Below are positions 38,051 through 50,658 of a DNA stretch of 64,000 nt, one piece after another. Every line of letters starts with the position of its first letter. Position 1 is the stretch's first letter. A model generated the notes under the pieces. The model had not been told where the DNA came from. It saw only the letters and a list, made by a program, of their open reading frames with translations, and ran no database searches. The stretch is from Diadema antillarum (lineage: Eukaryota): the NCBI RefSeq assembly GCF_040938485.1, contig NW_027271016.1, forward strand, positions 1,908,436 through 1,972,435. Direction: 5' to 3'. The translations under genes and the position numbers were made by a program.

Positions 38051-38367
38051 GAAGTAGTTCGCTCCACAAGGATTTTGGGAAATTGTGGTTAGCATGGCAA
38101 CGCTTTCTCTGACAAACACAAAAACATGACTTGCACATCTACACCTCAATGTCATCATTTACCCTGAGTTTCATCTAAATTGCTTCAAAACTGTAGAAGG
38201 CGCTTGCGACACAAGATTTGCAATGCACACTCTGATTCGTATGTATATCATACGCTCTTCTGCACTTCAAGTATGGGGGGGGGGGGTATGAATATAGATG
38301 ACAGTTTTATACATCAGAATGGCAAAAACTTCTACAGGACTCCCTTAGAATTGCCCAAAAGCCTGAC

Positions 38368-38515
38368 CTTCATTTCCTCCGGAGTCTTGGCACTAAGACT
38401 CATACTACTCTTGTCAACGTCCCCGTCGGTGGCACTCAGCGATTTCTTCTGATCATCGCTCACTTGAAGCTTCCCCTGCCAGAACGGGTGTGCTACAAGA
38501 TCATGCCATGTCGCC
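38368..38515 (-). CDS. ULK4: ULK4 exon 7 (end of kinase domain plus acidic linker). The donor position is less certain.
   Basis: (R)ATWHDLVAHPFWQGKLQVSDDQKKSLSATDGDVDKSSMSLSAKTPEEMK. Acceptor gttgttaag|. Donor taken as aag|gtcagg; an alternative strong donor caa|gtgagc lies upstream. Anchored to ORF 38332..38691(-). Confidence 0.65.
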
Positions 38516-38689
38516 CTTAACAACAAACCAAAAAGAAGAAGATGAAGAAGAAAAAAAGATGAAAACGAAGATGATAATGATGATGATGAAGAAGGAGAAG
38601 AAGGAAGAAGTAAATGTATTTTTTGGTGACTCAGAGTCCGATAAGATGAAGGAGACATCATACAATCTGTTGACCAAGCATTTCTTCTC

Positions 38690-38692
38690 AAA

Positions 38693-38734
<42 letters not shown>

Positions 38735-38800
38735 AATTATTATTATTACTATTATTATTATCATTATTATTATCATTATCATTATCATTATTATTAACAT
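38690..38800 (+). repeat. (ATG)n then (ATT)n microsatellite immediately 5' of the CR1/L2 fragment.
   Basis: atgatgatgatg... then attattattatt.... Poly-M/I/H ORFs here are artefacts. Confidence 0.9.
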
Positions 38801-38844
38801 GTTTGTTGTTATCACTATTATCGCTGTTTATTCTGTACACGAAC

Positions 38845-40185
38845 GATTGTAAATCAGCAAGGGAAAATGTATTCATTTTGAAATATGCAGATGACACTGT
38901 TATTTTAGGACTTATTGATGAGGATGAATCTAGCTACCGGGCCGAGGTTGGACGTTTTACCTCTTGGTGTGACAAGAACTGTCTGCAGTTAAATCTCACC
39001 AAAACTAAGGAGATTGTGTTTGATTTTCGGAAAATGCCCCCACAGCCAAAATTTATAAATATTGGTGGTACAGATATTGAGATAGTCAAGAGTTACAAAT
39101 ACCTAGGGACAACAGCGGACAGTGAACTTTCTTGGACTGAAGAGTGTAGATCTGTTATCTCAAAAGGCTGGACTCGTATGTACTTTTTTAGAAAACTGAG
39201 ATCACTACACATTGATAGAACTATTCTCAATCTTTTCTATAAATCACTTGTTGAAAGTATTGTATTGTTTAACTGTGTCATCTGGTTCGGGGTCTGCAGG
39301 AAACAAGACTTCAAGAGAATGGAAGCTATAGTGAGACAGGCTAGCAAAATCACTGGGGAAAGTTACGACCTTACAAAGGAATGTACAGATCGGATCGCCA
39401 ATATGGCAGATGGTATTATGTTAAACGAGAATCACCCGCTACATGATTATTTTGAATTCCTACGATCAGGCAGAAGACTACGGTCTCTGAAATGTCGTAC
39501 AAATCGATATGCAGACTCCTTACGCAATCAGGATGTGTAATAACAACCGCTGATTTTTGTATAAAGTGAAGGGAGAGCTGTAGCTGGTTTGGTGTATGAC
39601 GGCAGGGGGGGGGGGGTATTTTGAGCATTATCAAAAACACACAAGAATTTTATGGTTTGCAATTATTTGAATAGAATAACTTCTAAGTGAATTAAGATTA
39701 ATGTGCAATAGTTGTCTGATTGTGCACATCGGGCGTGTCAGGGATTCAGTGAAACGAAGCAGATTTTAGCTGTGTGTATGGGGGGGGGGGGGTGTAAGGA
39801 ATATGTGCAATATGTGTTATAATTTATGGATTATGATATTTGGAGTGGTCTGTGTAAAGTAAGGTGTTTCAGAATTTGTGGTTATACAACTTTTTGCGGC
39901 AATTGATTTTTCCATAATTTTCTGTGTATGTACACAAATATATTTATTTTTCCCCCTTTGCACGTTAAACACATGATGCCAGTCAATGTTTTGATGTATG
40001 TTTGGTTCCCTGTATTTTTTGAGTATTCACTTGATGTTTTATATGTAATGTAATATTATTTGCTATTTATCTGTTGTCAATATGTGTTTATGAATGTGTG
40101 ACAAAATCAAATTTCCATGCCATGTTTTTATACATAATTTGGACAATAAAGAAATAAAGAAATGAAATGAAATGAAATTATTTGC
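38845..40185 (+). mobile_element. 5'-truncated CR1/L2-clade LINE fragment (RT C-terminal half plus 3'UTR) ending in an (AAATG)n microsatellite tail. It lies antisense within the ULK4 intron between exons 6 and 7.
   Basis: ORF 38803..39540 encodes ...FILKYADDTVILG...KYLG...RTNRYADSLRNQ. That matches the YADD motif, the KYLG motif and a CR1/L2-like C-terminal RTNR-type motif. aaatgaaatgaaatgaaat lies at about 40160..40183. Confidence 0.7.
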
Positions 40186-40590
40186 ATTTGCAACAGAAAC
40201 TTGTTAAACAAGTGAAATCGTAGTCAAGTATGTGGGTAGGCACAATGAAGCAAAAGTCAGACAAGTTCTTAATTTTTCATATAAAACTTGTTCTTGTGTA
40301 AGGTCCATGTATTGGTAAATTGCTGCCTGAAATGAATTGGATGATGTCTTCAGATTTATAGTTTAACCATTATCATGTTCTTGAATATGTTGGGTTTATT
40401 AGTTTTTCCCCCTTTTTTTATGTAAGGAGCATTGACAGCAGACATAACAATATTTCATTGTAAAGTGTACACATAGACATTTATACAAAGAACACATACA
40501 TTGTACATCCAATTCCATTTTGCAAGTGAGATATTTCTAAACATATGTGTTGATGCTGTGTGTAAAGATATCTTCCTGGGGTTAACAAAC

Positions 40591-40669
40591 CTCTTGGATG
40601 GATCCTTCCGTAAGAGAATTTGAATAAGACTGCAAAAGTCTGGTGTTGGCTTGGTGGCTAATCTTGGTC
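40591..40669 (-). CDS. ULK4: ULK4 exon 6.
   Basis: (G)PRLATKPTPDFCSLIQILLRKDPSK(R) (human: ...SSDFINLLDGLLQRDPQKR). Anchored to ORF 40455..40706(-). Confidence 0.8.
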
Positions 40670-41384
40670 CTGCAACAAATGCACAGACACATACAAATAT
40701 ATACAAATATTATGGAAATCACAGCCCATTTCTTTTTTTTTAATATATACCTCATAAAGTAAGGTACATGTTGGAGCTCTGAGACATTGGCCTACAGCTT
40801 CAATTATGAACTTTAGACACAGACCTCTTAAATATCATTCTGGAGAATTGATTATCAAACTCAAGTTCCTTAGATGACTTTTTCAAAAGCTTTGCCAAAA
40901 ACACACATAGAATTCACAAGCTCCTTTTGCTTATCTGAACCCTACATATAACCACAATATTTTCATATAAATGATAAGGGCACATAATTCAATAAGGGTA
41001 AAGCTTCTTCATGCTTGTTGTTTTCTATTGCTGTGCCAAAACTATACTTCATTTATGAAATATTGTCCCAATCATATTGCTGCAAAGCTAATGGATTCAT
41101 GAAGCACATGCTTGGATGAAACACACACACACACACAAAAATATATAAATAAGTAACCAAGCATGTTATCAAGGATATCGATGGGTCTTGTCATGGATCA
41201 TGTGCTAATTCTAAAGAGCAATAGTTTTTCAAGATCCTGAGAGTTGCTGAAATGTGATGGATAACTACTTTTTTTTTCTGCACATATATAGCGGCCAATT
41301 TTTGTTTTCCTTCAATTTAAAGGTTAATGAAATAGACACCTTACAAAGATTGTCTGATTGTTTTCAGATCACAAGCACACAAAC

Positions 41385-41468
41385 CTTTGACCTTTGGCAC
41401 CGGGTAGTCTTTGGTGATGATCTGCTCGACAAGCTTGGAAAAGTCATCATCGTGGAAAGGGGGTTGTC
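41385..41468 (-). CDS. ULK4: ULK4 exon 5.
   Basis: (G)QPPFHDDDFSKLVEQIITKDYPVPKVK. Anchored to ORF 41341..41529(-). Acceptor ctcag|, donor g|gtttgt. Confidence 0.8.
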
Positions 41469-42572
41469 CTGAGGGGGTGATTAACAGGAATTGGGGGGAA
41501 AAGGGACAGAGACAAACAAAAATAACCATCTGTCAAAATATGACATTATTTGAATGGCATTATTGTATGAATACAAACTTAAAATTACATAAAAACATAA
41601 ATTTAAGTTTTTTTTAGAATCTCATTATACTCCATGGTGAGCATCCATTCACTACAGGAAATTGGGAACATTTTTAAAAGTAAAATGAGGGAAAATGACA
41701 ACAAATCAACAAAATCATTTCAGAGTTTTGAATATCAACATGTTTTAACAGATGTCTTGAAATACTATGTTGTATTCCCTCTTTATTGTGATGGAAGAAA
41801 AGCTACTTCCTGTCTTTAGATAAAAAAAAAGAAAAGAAATGAAAACGTCTTCTGGAAAGTCCAGTCTAAAGTTTGCACAAAAGTAAAATAAAGAAATATT
41901 GACACATGCATTACATGCACCATTTTTTTAGATGCAAAAATAACATTGTCTCTTGCTGTTACTGTATGCACTTGTTACTAGTCAAATGAACTTTCTTTCA
42001 GTGATTTTGAAATATCTAAAAAAATATACTTCTAAGAAATTGGCCTGGACCACTTACCCCTATGTTCAAATGCATCAAACTCAAGATTTGATGAATAACT
42101 GCTTTGTCATAGTTGCAATTCTATTAAATCCCTATCAGAGTCAATCATATACTATTTCTACTGATGCATATTTTCCAACATTGCTTGATCTGTATTGCTT
42201 TTTTATTGTTTTTTTTACTTAAGATTTTACAACTCTAAATCCAATCATTTTGCTTTGTCCATCTACGTACATACAATTCCATGATGCTAATCAAATTGTT
42301 CTCAAGATATCAAGGTAAACAGACAGATGTATAGATAGATGAACTACTGCAAGACTGCCAGATTTGTCATATTTACTTTTGGTGCATTTGACATTATATC
42401 AATCTAGAAGTTCAAAACCTATGACCAAATTTGAGCAACATGATATCTATGTCTGCATCACTGCAATGAAAGCTGCTAGAGAAAATGAACACTGCAAGGA
42501 GAAAATGGCAACAGAGTAGGAAATGTTTGAAAGTAATCAAAAAATTCTCATTAAGTATGAAATCATGCATTA

Positions 42573-42788
<216 letters not shown>

Positions 42789-43336
42789 TCAAGCAAAGCC
42801 CCCCATTGCGCGCATGTATTCTCCACTTATTTTACACACTTGTGATCTCATTTATGCAAAGATGTCATTCCCTGGCAGTCTGAGGGGCAGAAATTTGAAG
42901 TGTGAAAGTTTAACTCCTTCTATCCTATATCTAAAATTCATGGATCAAGAAAGTTATCCCACCCATTTTTTTTTTTTTTTCATACAAGGAAGAAGACAAG
43001 GACAAACATATCAAACATTAACCTTGACAAATTTTGAATTGGGAAAAAAAAAAGAGAGAGAAAAACAGCTTCTGAACATTTTCTTTCTGAGCCCACTTTG
43101 ACATGATCATACCTGAAAGGGATTCGATATTACCATGACACTTGACATTCACGGCAAAGTCATTAACCTTTGAATTCCACAAATAGTCTCATACAACTGA
43201 GATATCAGTGTGCAGTTGAGCAGCACTTCATCAAAGTTCACGTGGAGCCTCTAAAAGACTCTAAAAGTCTGAGGTATAAAGGAGCACGATAGCATCCACA
43301 AGGAGGCAGTTCCCAATAACATTCTGCATGGCTTAC

Positions 43337-43499
43337 CATGGGTGGCTTTGTTGATACTGTCGTCTGTCTGCTTGGCCTGCTCTGAGGGCTGGGCACCATC
43401 TGCCAGGGTCATCTCGAACAGCTCTTCGAGGTTCTCCCCTTCCAGGCGCGCCAGACTGAAGTCGTCGTACTTCAGGGTCCCCGAGCTATCAACCAGGAT
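43337..43499 (-). CDS. ULK4: ULK4 exon 3.
   Basis: ILVDSSGTLKYDDFSLARLEGENLEELFE... (human: [28 protein letters not shown]). Acceptor ctag|, donor g|gtaagc. Confidence 0.85.
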
Positions 43500-44107
43500 C
43501 TAGAAACCAACACTTACAGAGTTTAGAAGCCATCCATGACAGACCACTCCCTGGATGATGATAGTGCGTCATTTCTCATTGACCACTAATCATGGTCACA
43601 TTATACATGGTGAGAGAAATCAAATCCTACAAATGCAGCTACACAGCACATCTAGTATCATTCATTCTTTTGCTTTATCTTCAATACTACATATGTACAT
43701 TCATAATTGCTTATGAAACAATATTTGGCTGCACAAGAAAATGTGAAAATAAAAACCAATTAAAAAACATTTAACACTAAGCATATTATTTACTTGTAGT
43801 TTGAAGATATATATGATTCCAAAGATGATATTGGACATCATTAACTATGTGTACATGTATCACATCTTGTTCCAATTCTGAGTTGGCAAGAACTAAACAT
43901 TCACTGGAAATAAACTTGATACCAAACTTTGATAAATGCAGTCAACCTCACAAACACATACAATACAGCCATGAGGTTCTCTATCAATGCACAAACTACA
44001 TGTTAACTCTGACAGCAATTTCAGGTATTCAAAGAATGCATTAATTAGAATATAAAATGTGTTTCATATTTAATGGAATGCATTAAGATATCATAATGTC
44101 TTCTTTA

Positions 44108-44247
44108 CTTTGCTTGGCTTGAAGTCAGAAAAGAGCATTCCCACAGAGTGGATATAATGGAGTCCCCTGACAAGGTCCAGGCCAAACTCGCGAACAGCCG
44201 TTTCAGGGAAGTGGCCATCCTGGGACAGAATTAGCTCCAAACTCCCA
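44108..44247 (-). CDS. ULK4: ULK4 exon 2 (kinase hinge and C-lobe).
   Basis: GSLELILSQDGHFPETAVREFGLDLVRGLHYIHSVGMLFSDFKPSK. Acceptor gcag|, donor aaa|gtaaag. Phase continuity with exon 1. Confidence 0.8.
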
Positions 44248-45256
44248 CCTGCATAAATACAAAATATGCATGTGGTCCAATTTATATAACATGATCACTT
44301 ATCCACTGCTAAACATTTCATCATGATTAAAATGAATTATATCTCCTGCACCCTCGGCAAATTTATCAAGTGAATTGTTACTGGGATTGGATGATCTTCA
44401 AATAAATGTAGTAAAAAAAAGAGAAGCTGCTGAAAACGGCTTTCCCAACAGCGGCAAGCCTGAAAAGTGAAGTGGAGTCAAAAAGGGGCCTGAGCTTTTG
44501 ATCCCAGCAGAATCTTTGCAAGAGGGGAAATGACAAACATACAGGGTAAGAAGACACATTGTGGATTACACACAACATACACTGTCTGGGAGGGGCTAGG
44601 AACACAGAACAAAGGAAACAAAAGGGGTAGGTAAGGTGTCTATAGGCAGGGAGTCAAACTGGTAAGGAGGGATAATCAAAGCAAAGGGGTGAGCAAACAA
44701 AGGGAGAGGTAGGGCCAGTGGAGATCCCAAGGATCACTGAGGGCAACCTGTAAAGGATAGAAATTGACAGGGAGGTGACATCACACAAGATCAGGAACAA
44801 AACAAAGGTAAAGGATAGAAAACAGGTGAAATAAAAACAGCATGAGTGAAGGGGGTTTATGCAAAAAGTCCTAAAACTGGTGTACATGTCATCTTCAAAT
44901 GAGTTGAAAGGAGATAGATTCAGCAGATGATAAATTGTACAAATTTGTATTTCACCTTTTTTCAAAACAAACCAATGAATACATGGTGGAATTGGCAAAG
45001 TTGGAAGTTTTAAGGGAAGGTAATTGTGGACTTTTAAGAGAATGTTAACATCAAAATTCTACAATGAGAAGTCGAGTGTGCCATTGGCACATACATATAT
45101 TTGATTAACTGGGGTAAACTTAACTTGTAAAATGTTTCAAGAATCACAACACATTACAAAAGCAGTATTTCAAGAAAAAAAAAAAGAAAGAAAGAAAGAA
45201 AAAGGAGCAGGCCGTTGCATTTGTATACTAAAGAGGAGAAAAAAAATAACTGATTA

Positions 45257-46284
<1,028 letters not shown>

Positions 46285-46300
<16 letters not shown>

Positions 46301-46762
46301 GCTCATGAGGACCGCTCCCGCGTACGAGGACTGCCCCGCCTCATGAGGACCGCCCCCACGCCTCATGAGGGCCGCCCCCATGCCTCATGAGGGCCGGGGG
46401 GGAACGCCTCATGAGGCCCCCTATTCACTTCTATTCATCTCACATCTGACGTATAAATTGTCGCAACTTTGCACGGTGATTTTTTGTTACACACACATGT
46501 CCACTATCCATGATGAAAAGAAGAAAAAATCTTATCTGTTTTTTTTTTTTCAAAAATCGAGTTTTAATCAATCGATGCAGAGCGCCCATTAAAACACACG
46601 TGTTTTAATGGGCGCTCTACATCGGTTGATCAAAATTCGATAAGTGAATAGGGGGCCTCATGAGGCGTTCCCCCCCGGGCCTCATGAGGCATGGGGGCGG
46701 TCCTCATGAGGCGGGGCAGTCCTCGTACGCGGGAGCGGTCCTCATGAGCGGGTTTCCCGGAC
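46285..46762. repeat. ~480-bp near-perfect foldback (long inverted repeat) built from palindromic CCTCATGAGG subrepeats in GC-rich context. The left arm has 5 copies and the right arm 4. A ~190-bp spacer contains its own smaller palindrome centred on CACGTG.
   Basis: The arm at about 46285..46437 is the reverse complement of the arm at about 46632..46762, with one extra subunit on the left. The mirrored ORFs 46106..46381(-) and 46660..46908(+) share identical peptide starts, which is a by-product of the inverted repeat. It sits about 0.75 kb upstream of the ULK4 ATG. Confidence 0.85.
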
Positions 46763-47698
46763 TGACTCCATTCACCGCCATTCATTTCGTCACAGCTAGC
46801 CGGGGACTTCTTTCAACATCCATAGACTTTGCACATAGTGGAGACACACACGCAGAACGAGAGGGGGTCGATATCACGATTTGGCCGAGAAATTGCACGC
46901 ACAGATAAAGAATGCAATGATTGCACCTTCATAACCACATAGACCCTACCTCCTACACAGATTTATACATGTCGGACTACAACGACGTTTCTCGTTTATT
47001 GTTTTAGAACAATTCTAATTACGAAGTGCCGTTGTACAAGTAATCAATATGCGCTTGTGGTTACTTATCAATTCATAATAATATTGATTAAGATAGACAT
47101 ATTTTATGTACCTAACCAAATGTATAAGTTACACATTTCATACGACTCTAGAACATTTGAAATGAGTGCGAGCTTACCGTTGCCTTAGAGCTGAGAGACG
47201 CCACATTCCGATCCATTTGGTGGCAGGACAAGTCGACCCTAGCAAGCACGGTTGTAGGTGAGCATAGGTTACAAGCTCGGCCCGGCCCAGTGTGAAGCTC
47301 GGCACGATCGAGAGACAATTAATTTTGTTCTAATATCCTACGGTGTGCAGAAGAAATCATATTCAAATTGGTTTAGACATAATTTGTGGTTAGCCGTGCT
47401 TGTAGGATTCACAGAATCACGGAACCCTCCATAAAAACGTTATGAAATACATTTCATATGAAATATGTTGATTTAAAGTGCAGGAACATCAGGAAGACCC
47501 ACTGAATCCTAGCAGCTAGCTTCACTTTCAGAATAATAACAGGGAGCCAAATAATAATAAAAAAAGAAGAAGAAAACAAACAAACATAATGTATAAAAGT
47601 TATGTTAGTGATAGGGCAATTCATTTACCTTCTTCAGAAGCCAAAGGAAATAATATTGCCCCAGAATATATCCCCAACAAGTCGAGGAAATGTCTACT

Positions 47699-47761
47699 TT
47701 AAAACACAAACAAACAAACAAACAAACAAACAAACAAACAAACAAACAAACAAACAAACAG
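47699..47761 (+). repeat. (CAAA)n microsatellite.
   Basis: aaacaaacaaacaaacaaacaaacaaacaaac. Confidence 0.9.
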
Positions 47762-50658
47762 ACAACAAATTTGTGGATTTCTGCTGAGTTTCTCCATCTG
47801 CAGGGCTATTAGTCTTATCATTTTACATAATATAATAGACCAGCTGTTTGAGTATCTATGATGATAGCAAATGGATTTTACCAAAAATCTAAACAAAATA
47901 AAAGGTCATACATGACTGTGCACAGAGTGTAGGCCTAAGATTTTCCTCAACTTCTTCAAGTAATGAGTTCTAATTTTTCTGCATTGACCAAATTGAATTG
48001 AAATAATTCAATCTATTTTATTTCCATCAAGAGAATTCATATTTATAGGCCTAAGCATATATATGTATAACAAAATAATTTTATACAAAAAAGACAACCA
48101 AATTTAGGACCTACAGTATTTTCTCATGAAGTGAAAATGAAATAAATACTGATAGGTCCTCCTAGTACATTATAATAGTACCGGTAGTGTAATAGTTCAA
48201 GTGGATAATGATGATAAAAAATTTGTGATCTAGCTTAAAGAGCTATAGAAACCTGTCATAGAACATGGAAGATTTAGAATGATTGGACAACAAAGCTTAT
48301 GCAACAAACAAATACCAATTATCATTCTGAATACAGCAGATTATAAACAGAACTACTGCTCTCGAATAGACTATCTTTAATGAATGTGTGAGTCAGTGGG
48401 GATTGAACTATTAGGTCTATGTATACATTGGACAAGTAGGCTATACTAGAGTAAATTCCTCTACAATCCTCTGATTTTCATTTCGTATATTTGGTGACTC
48501 TTTTGATTTAGGGTAAATGTTCGATACTCAAAGGCACCAGACAGATCTATTATTTGATTACTGTTGTATCCATTTAATTATCATTAAAAAAAATTAAAAT
48601 ATAACAGTAGCATAATTATCACATTATCCATGATAACAACATGACATTGTTTATTTTACCTTTAAATCCACAACATGAGCAGAACATTGTTCTCAAGAAT
48701 GATAAATGATGATTTTGTGACTGATTTTTATTTTATTATGTTTTTTTCATTATTCATTATCAAGAGCCATTTGTTGCTGTTATTGTTTGTTTGTTTGTTT
48801 TCTCTTTTTATAAGCAGCTTGTAATGAACACAGATGAAAATCGAAGATTATCGCAAAAGAAACCAATAGGTGGCGCGCTGGTAGTTCTTCGGTTTTTATC
48901 GCAACACAGCATGTCTCCGCTGCGTGCTCCGCTGTCGGCTGCCCTGGGATTGCGTAAGTGATTGTTTACTTTTATTCTCTAGTTTATTTTACTATCTCTG
49001 CATAACATTGTCTTGTCATTTATCCAGGCCAAAATCTGAATGACTGTGGGTATGATTCAGTACACACCATATCATATACCAACGTGATTTTTGATCCTGT
49101 CGCTAGCAACTAGCATTTTTGTCGATTCACGGAAACATCTTTGTTGTGTAGTCCCATATATCGCTTTTCGTGTATGTTTACAGAATGTACATTAATTATT
49201 CCTCATTTTCGGTAGCAGAGTACAGTTGGCCGATTGGTAAAAGGTGTGTGAAAAAAAGAAATCCGTGAGGGAAAGAATTGTATGGCTTTTAGTTAGTCAG
49301 AGTAACCGATCAGTGAAGCCAAGGGCAAGGAGTTTGCTTTGCCATGCTAGCCAGTGCTGTCCAGAGCCTCCAAGGCCCTATATGACGGCTATGTACTGTG
49401 ACACTGCACTCTGTGGATAGTATGGTGTATCGGTGGCAGTGGCGATCGGTCACTCTAAATTTACTCTATCCTCTCCAATCCTTTTTCCTTCATAATTTTG
49501 TGAACTTTGGTGTCTCTACCAATAGTTCTCTGTTCTTGTGGCCGTTTTTGTATTAATGCTGTCAGAAAACCAGCGAAACTCTCGCCATCTTTAGGGGTCT
49601 TACTGGATAAACCGCCATCTAACCAGGCCCTCTCCAGTGGCGCCAAACCAATACGTAGTCCCATACACTGCACTCAGCGTCAGTGTAAGCCTGACGGCAA
49701 GGTTCTTCATCATCATCACTCATCTGCGCGCTGCTGCAAAAGACCGACTGTGTATGGTAGGCCTACCAGCGATACACAAACGGTGACACGGCATTGATTC
49801 TTCACAGCTACAGCTAAATTGCACCCGCAACTGCCTGCAAGTCAACCTCATCCCCCACTTTAGTCAACAAACCAATACTATATTGGTGAAAAGGTATGAA
49901 TGTTGCATGTTGGCTGGCTGTAAAATTTACTGTGACCAGTGCAGTGGTGCTTGTGTCGTGGTGCTGAATGTTTCACCTAAGCTGCAAGTCAACCTAAGTG
50001 CTGCCGTGTGTCGTCAATTTCTGTTCCTACCGCCAATTTTCGTTCATGGTGCTACATTAACTACTAATTCAATCAGTGCTCCATGTTGCATGTTGCTGTG
50101 ACAAGTCAAGTGCAGTACGTCCTACCCGTTTGTGCATGCTCAACCCAGGCCAGTGACAGTCAGTGACAGTGACTAGCCGCCGGTATTGCATGCACACCGT
50201 GCCATGCCAAGTATCGTTTACCGTCTGTTTTCGCAATTGTCTGTATAACTGTTGCATGCATCACCAAGTGTCATCTGCATCCGTTATATTTCTGTTGCTT
50301 GCTTCACCCAGTGACTGTTGCATGCTTCTCCCAGTGTCTGTTGCATGTCAAGTGCTGTCTGTACAAGTTATACTGTCTGTATTCCTTAACCGTACGTCGC
50401 ATGCCTCACCCAGTGCCGTCTGTATCTGCAGTCTTCTTCATTACTGCCTCATCCATTGACTTATGACTGTTCCTTGCATGCTGTATTTATGACCTGCTTT
50501 GTCAGCTCCACGTTACCATACACCTTATAAATACACACCTGGGAAATACAGAATTCATAAGCCTGCTCTTTTCCCTGGCCATCTAATTTACAGTGTGTAC
50601 CTTTATACATAGCTTTACTGCCTCAATTTTATAGCAATTGTCTGTAATTTAAAGGACC

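Noticed and set aside
38490-38897. ORFs encoding poly-Met/Ile/His/Asn peptides.
   Set aside because: They are products of the (ATG)n/(ATT)n microsatellite. The real coding sequences here are ULK4 exon 7 (-) and, from about 38850, the LINE RT fragment (+).
44108-44247. An apparent +1 frameshift in ULK4 exon 2 (tcccaagga instead of tcccaggat), which would have implied a pseudogenised ULK4.
   Set aside because: On re-reading the line at 44221 the sequence is ...ggccatcctgggacag... and the exon translates cleanly (GSLELILSQDGHFPE...). The shift came from my own miscounting, not from the sequence.
47699-47761. A regular short repeat that superficially looks like an array.
   Set aside because: It is a plain (CAAA)n microsatellite in a eukaryotic intergenic region, not a CRISPR array. 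There are no spacers, and the whole window is metazoan.
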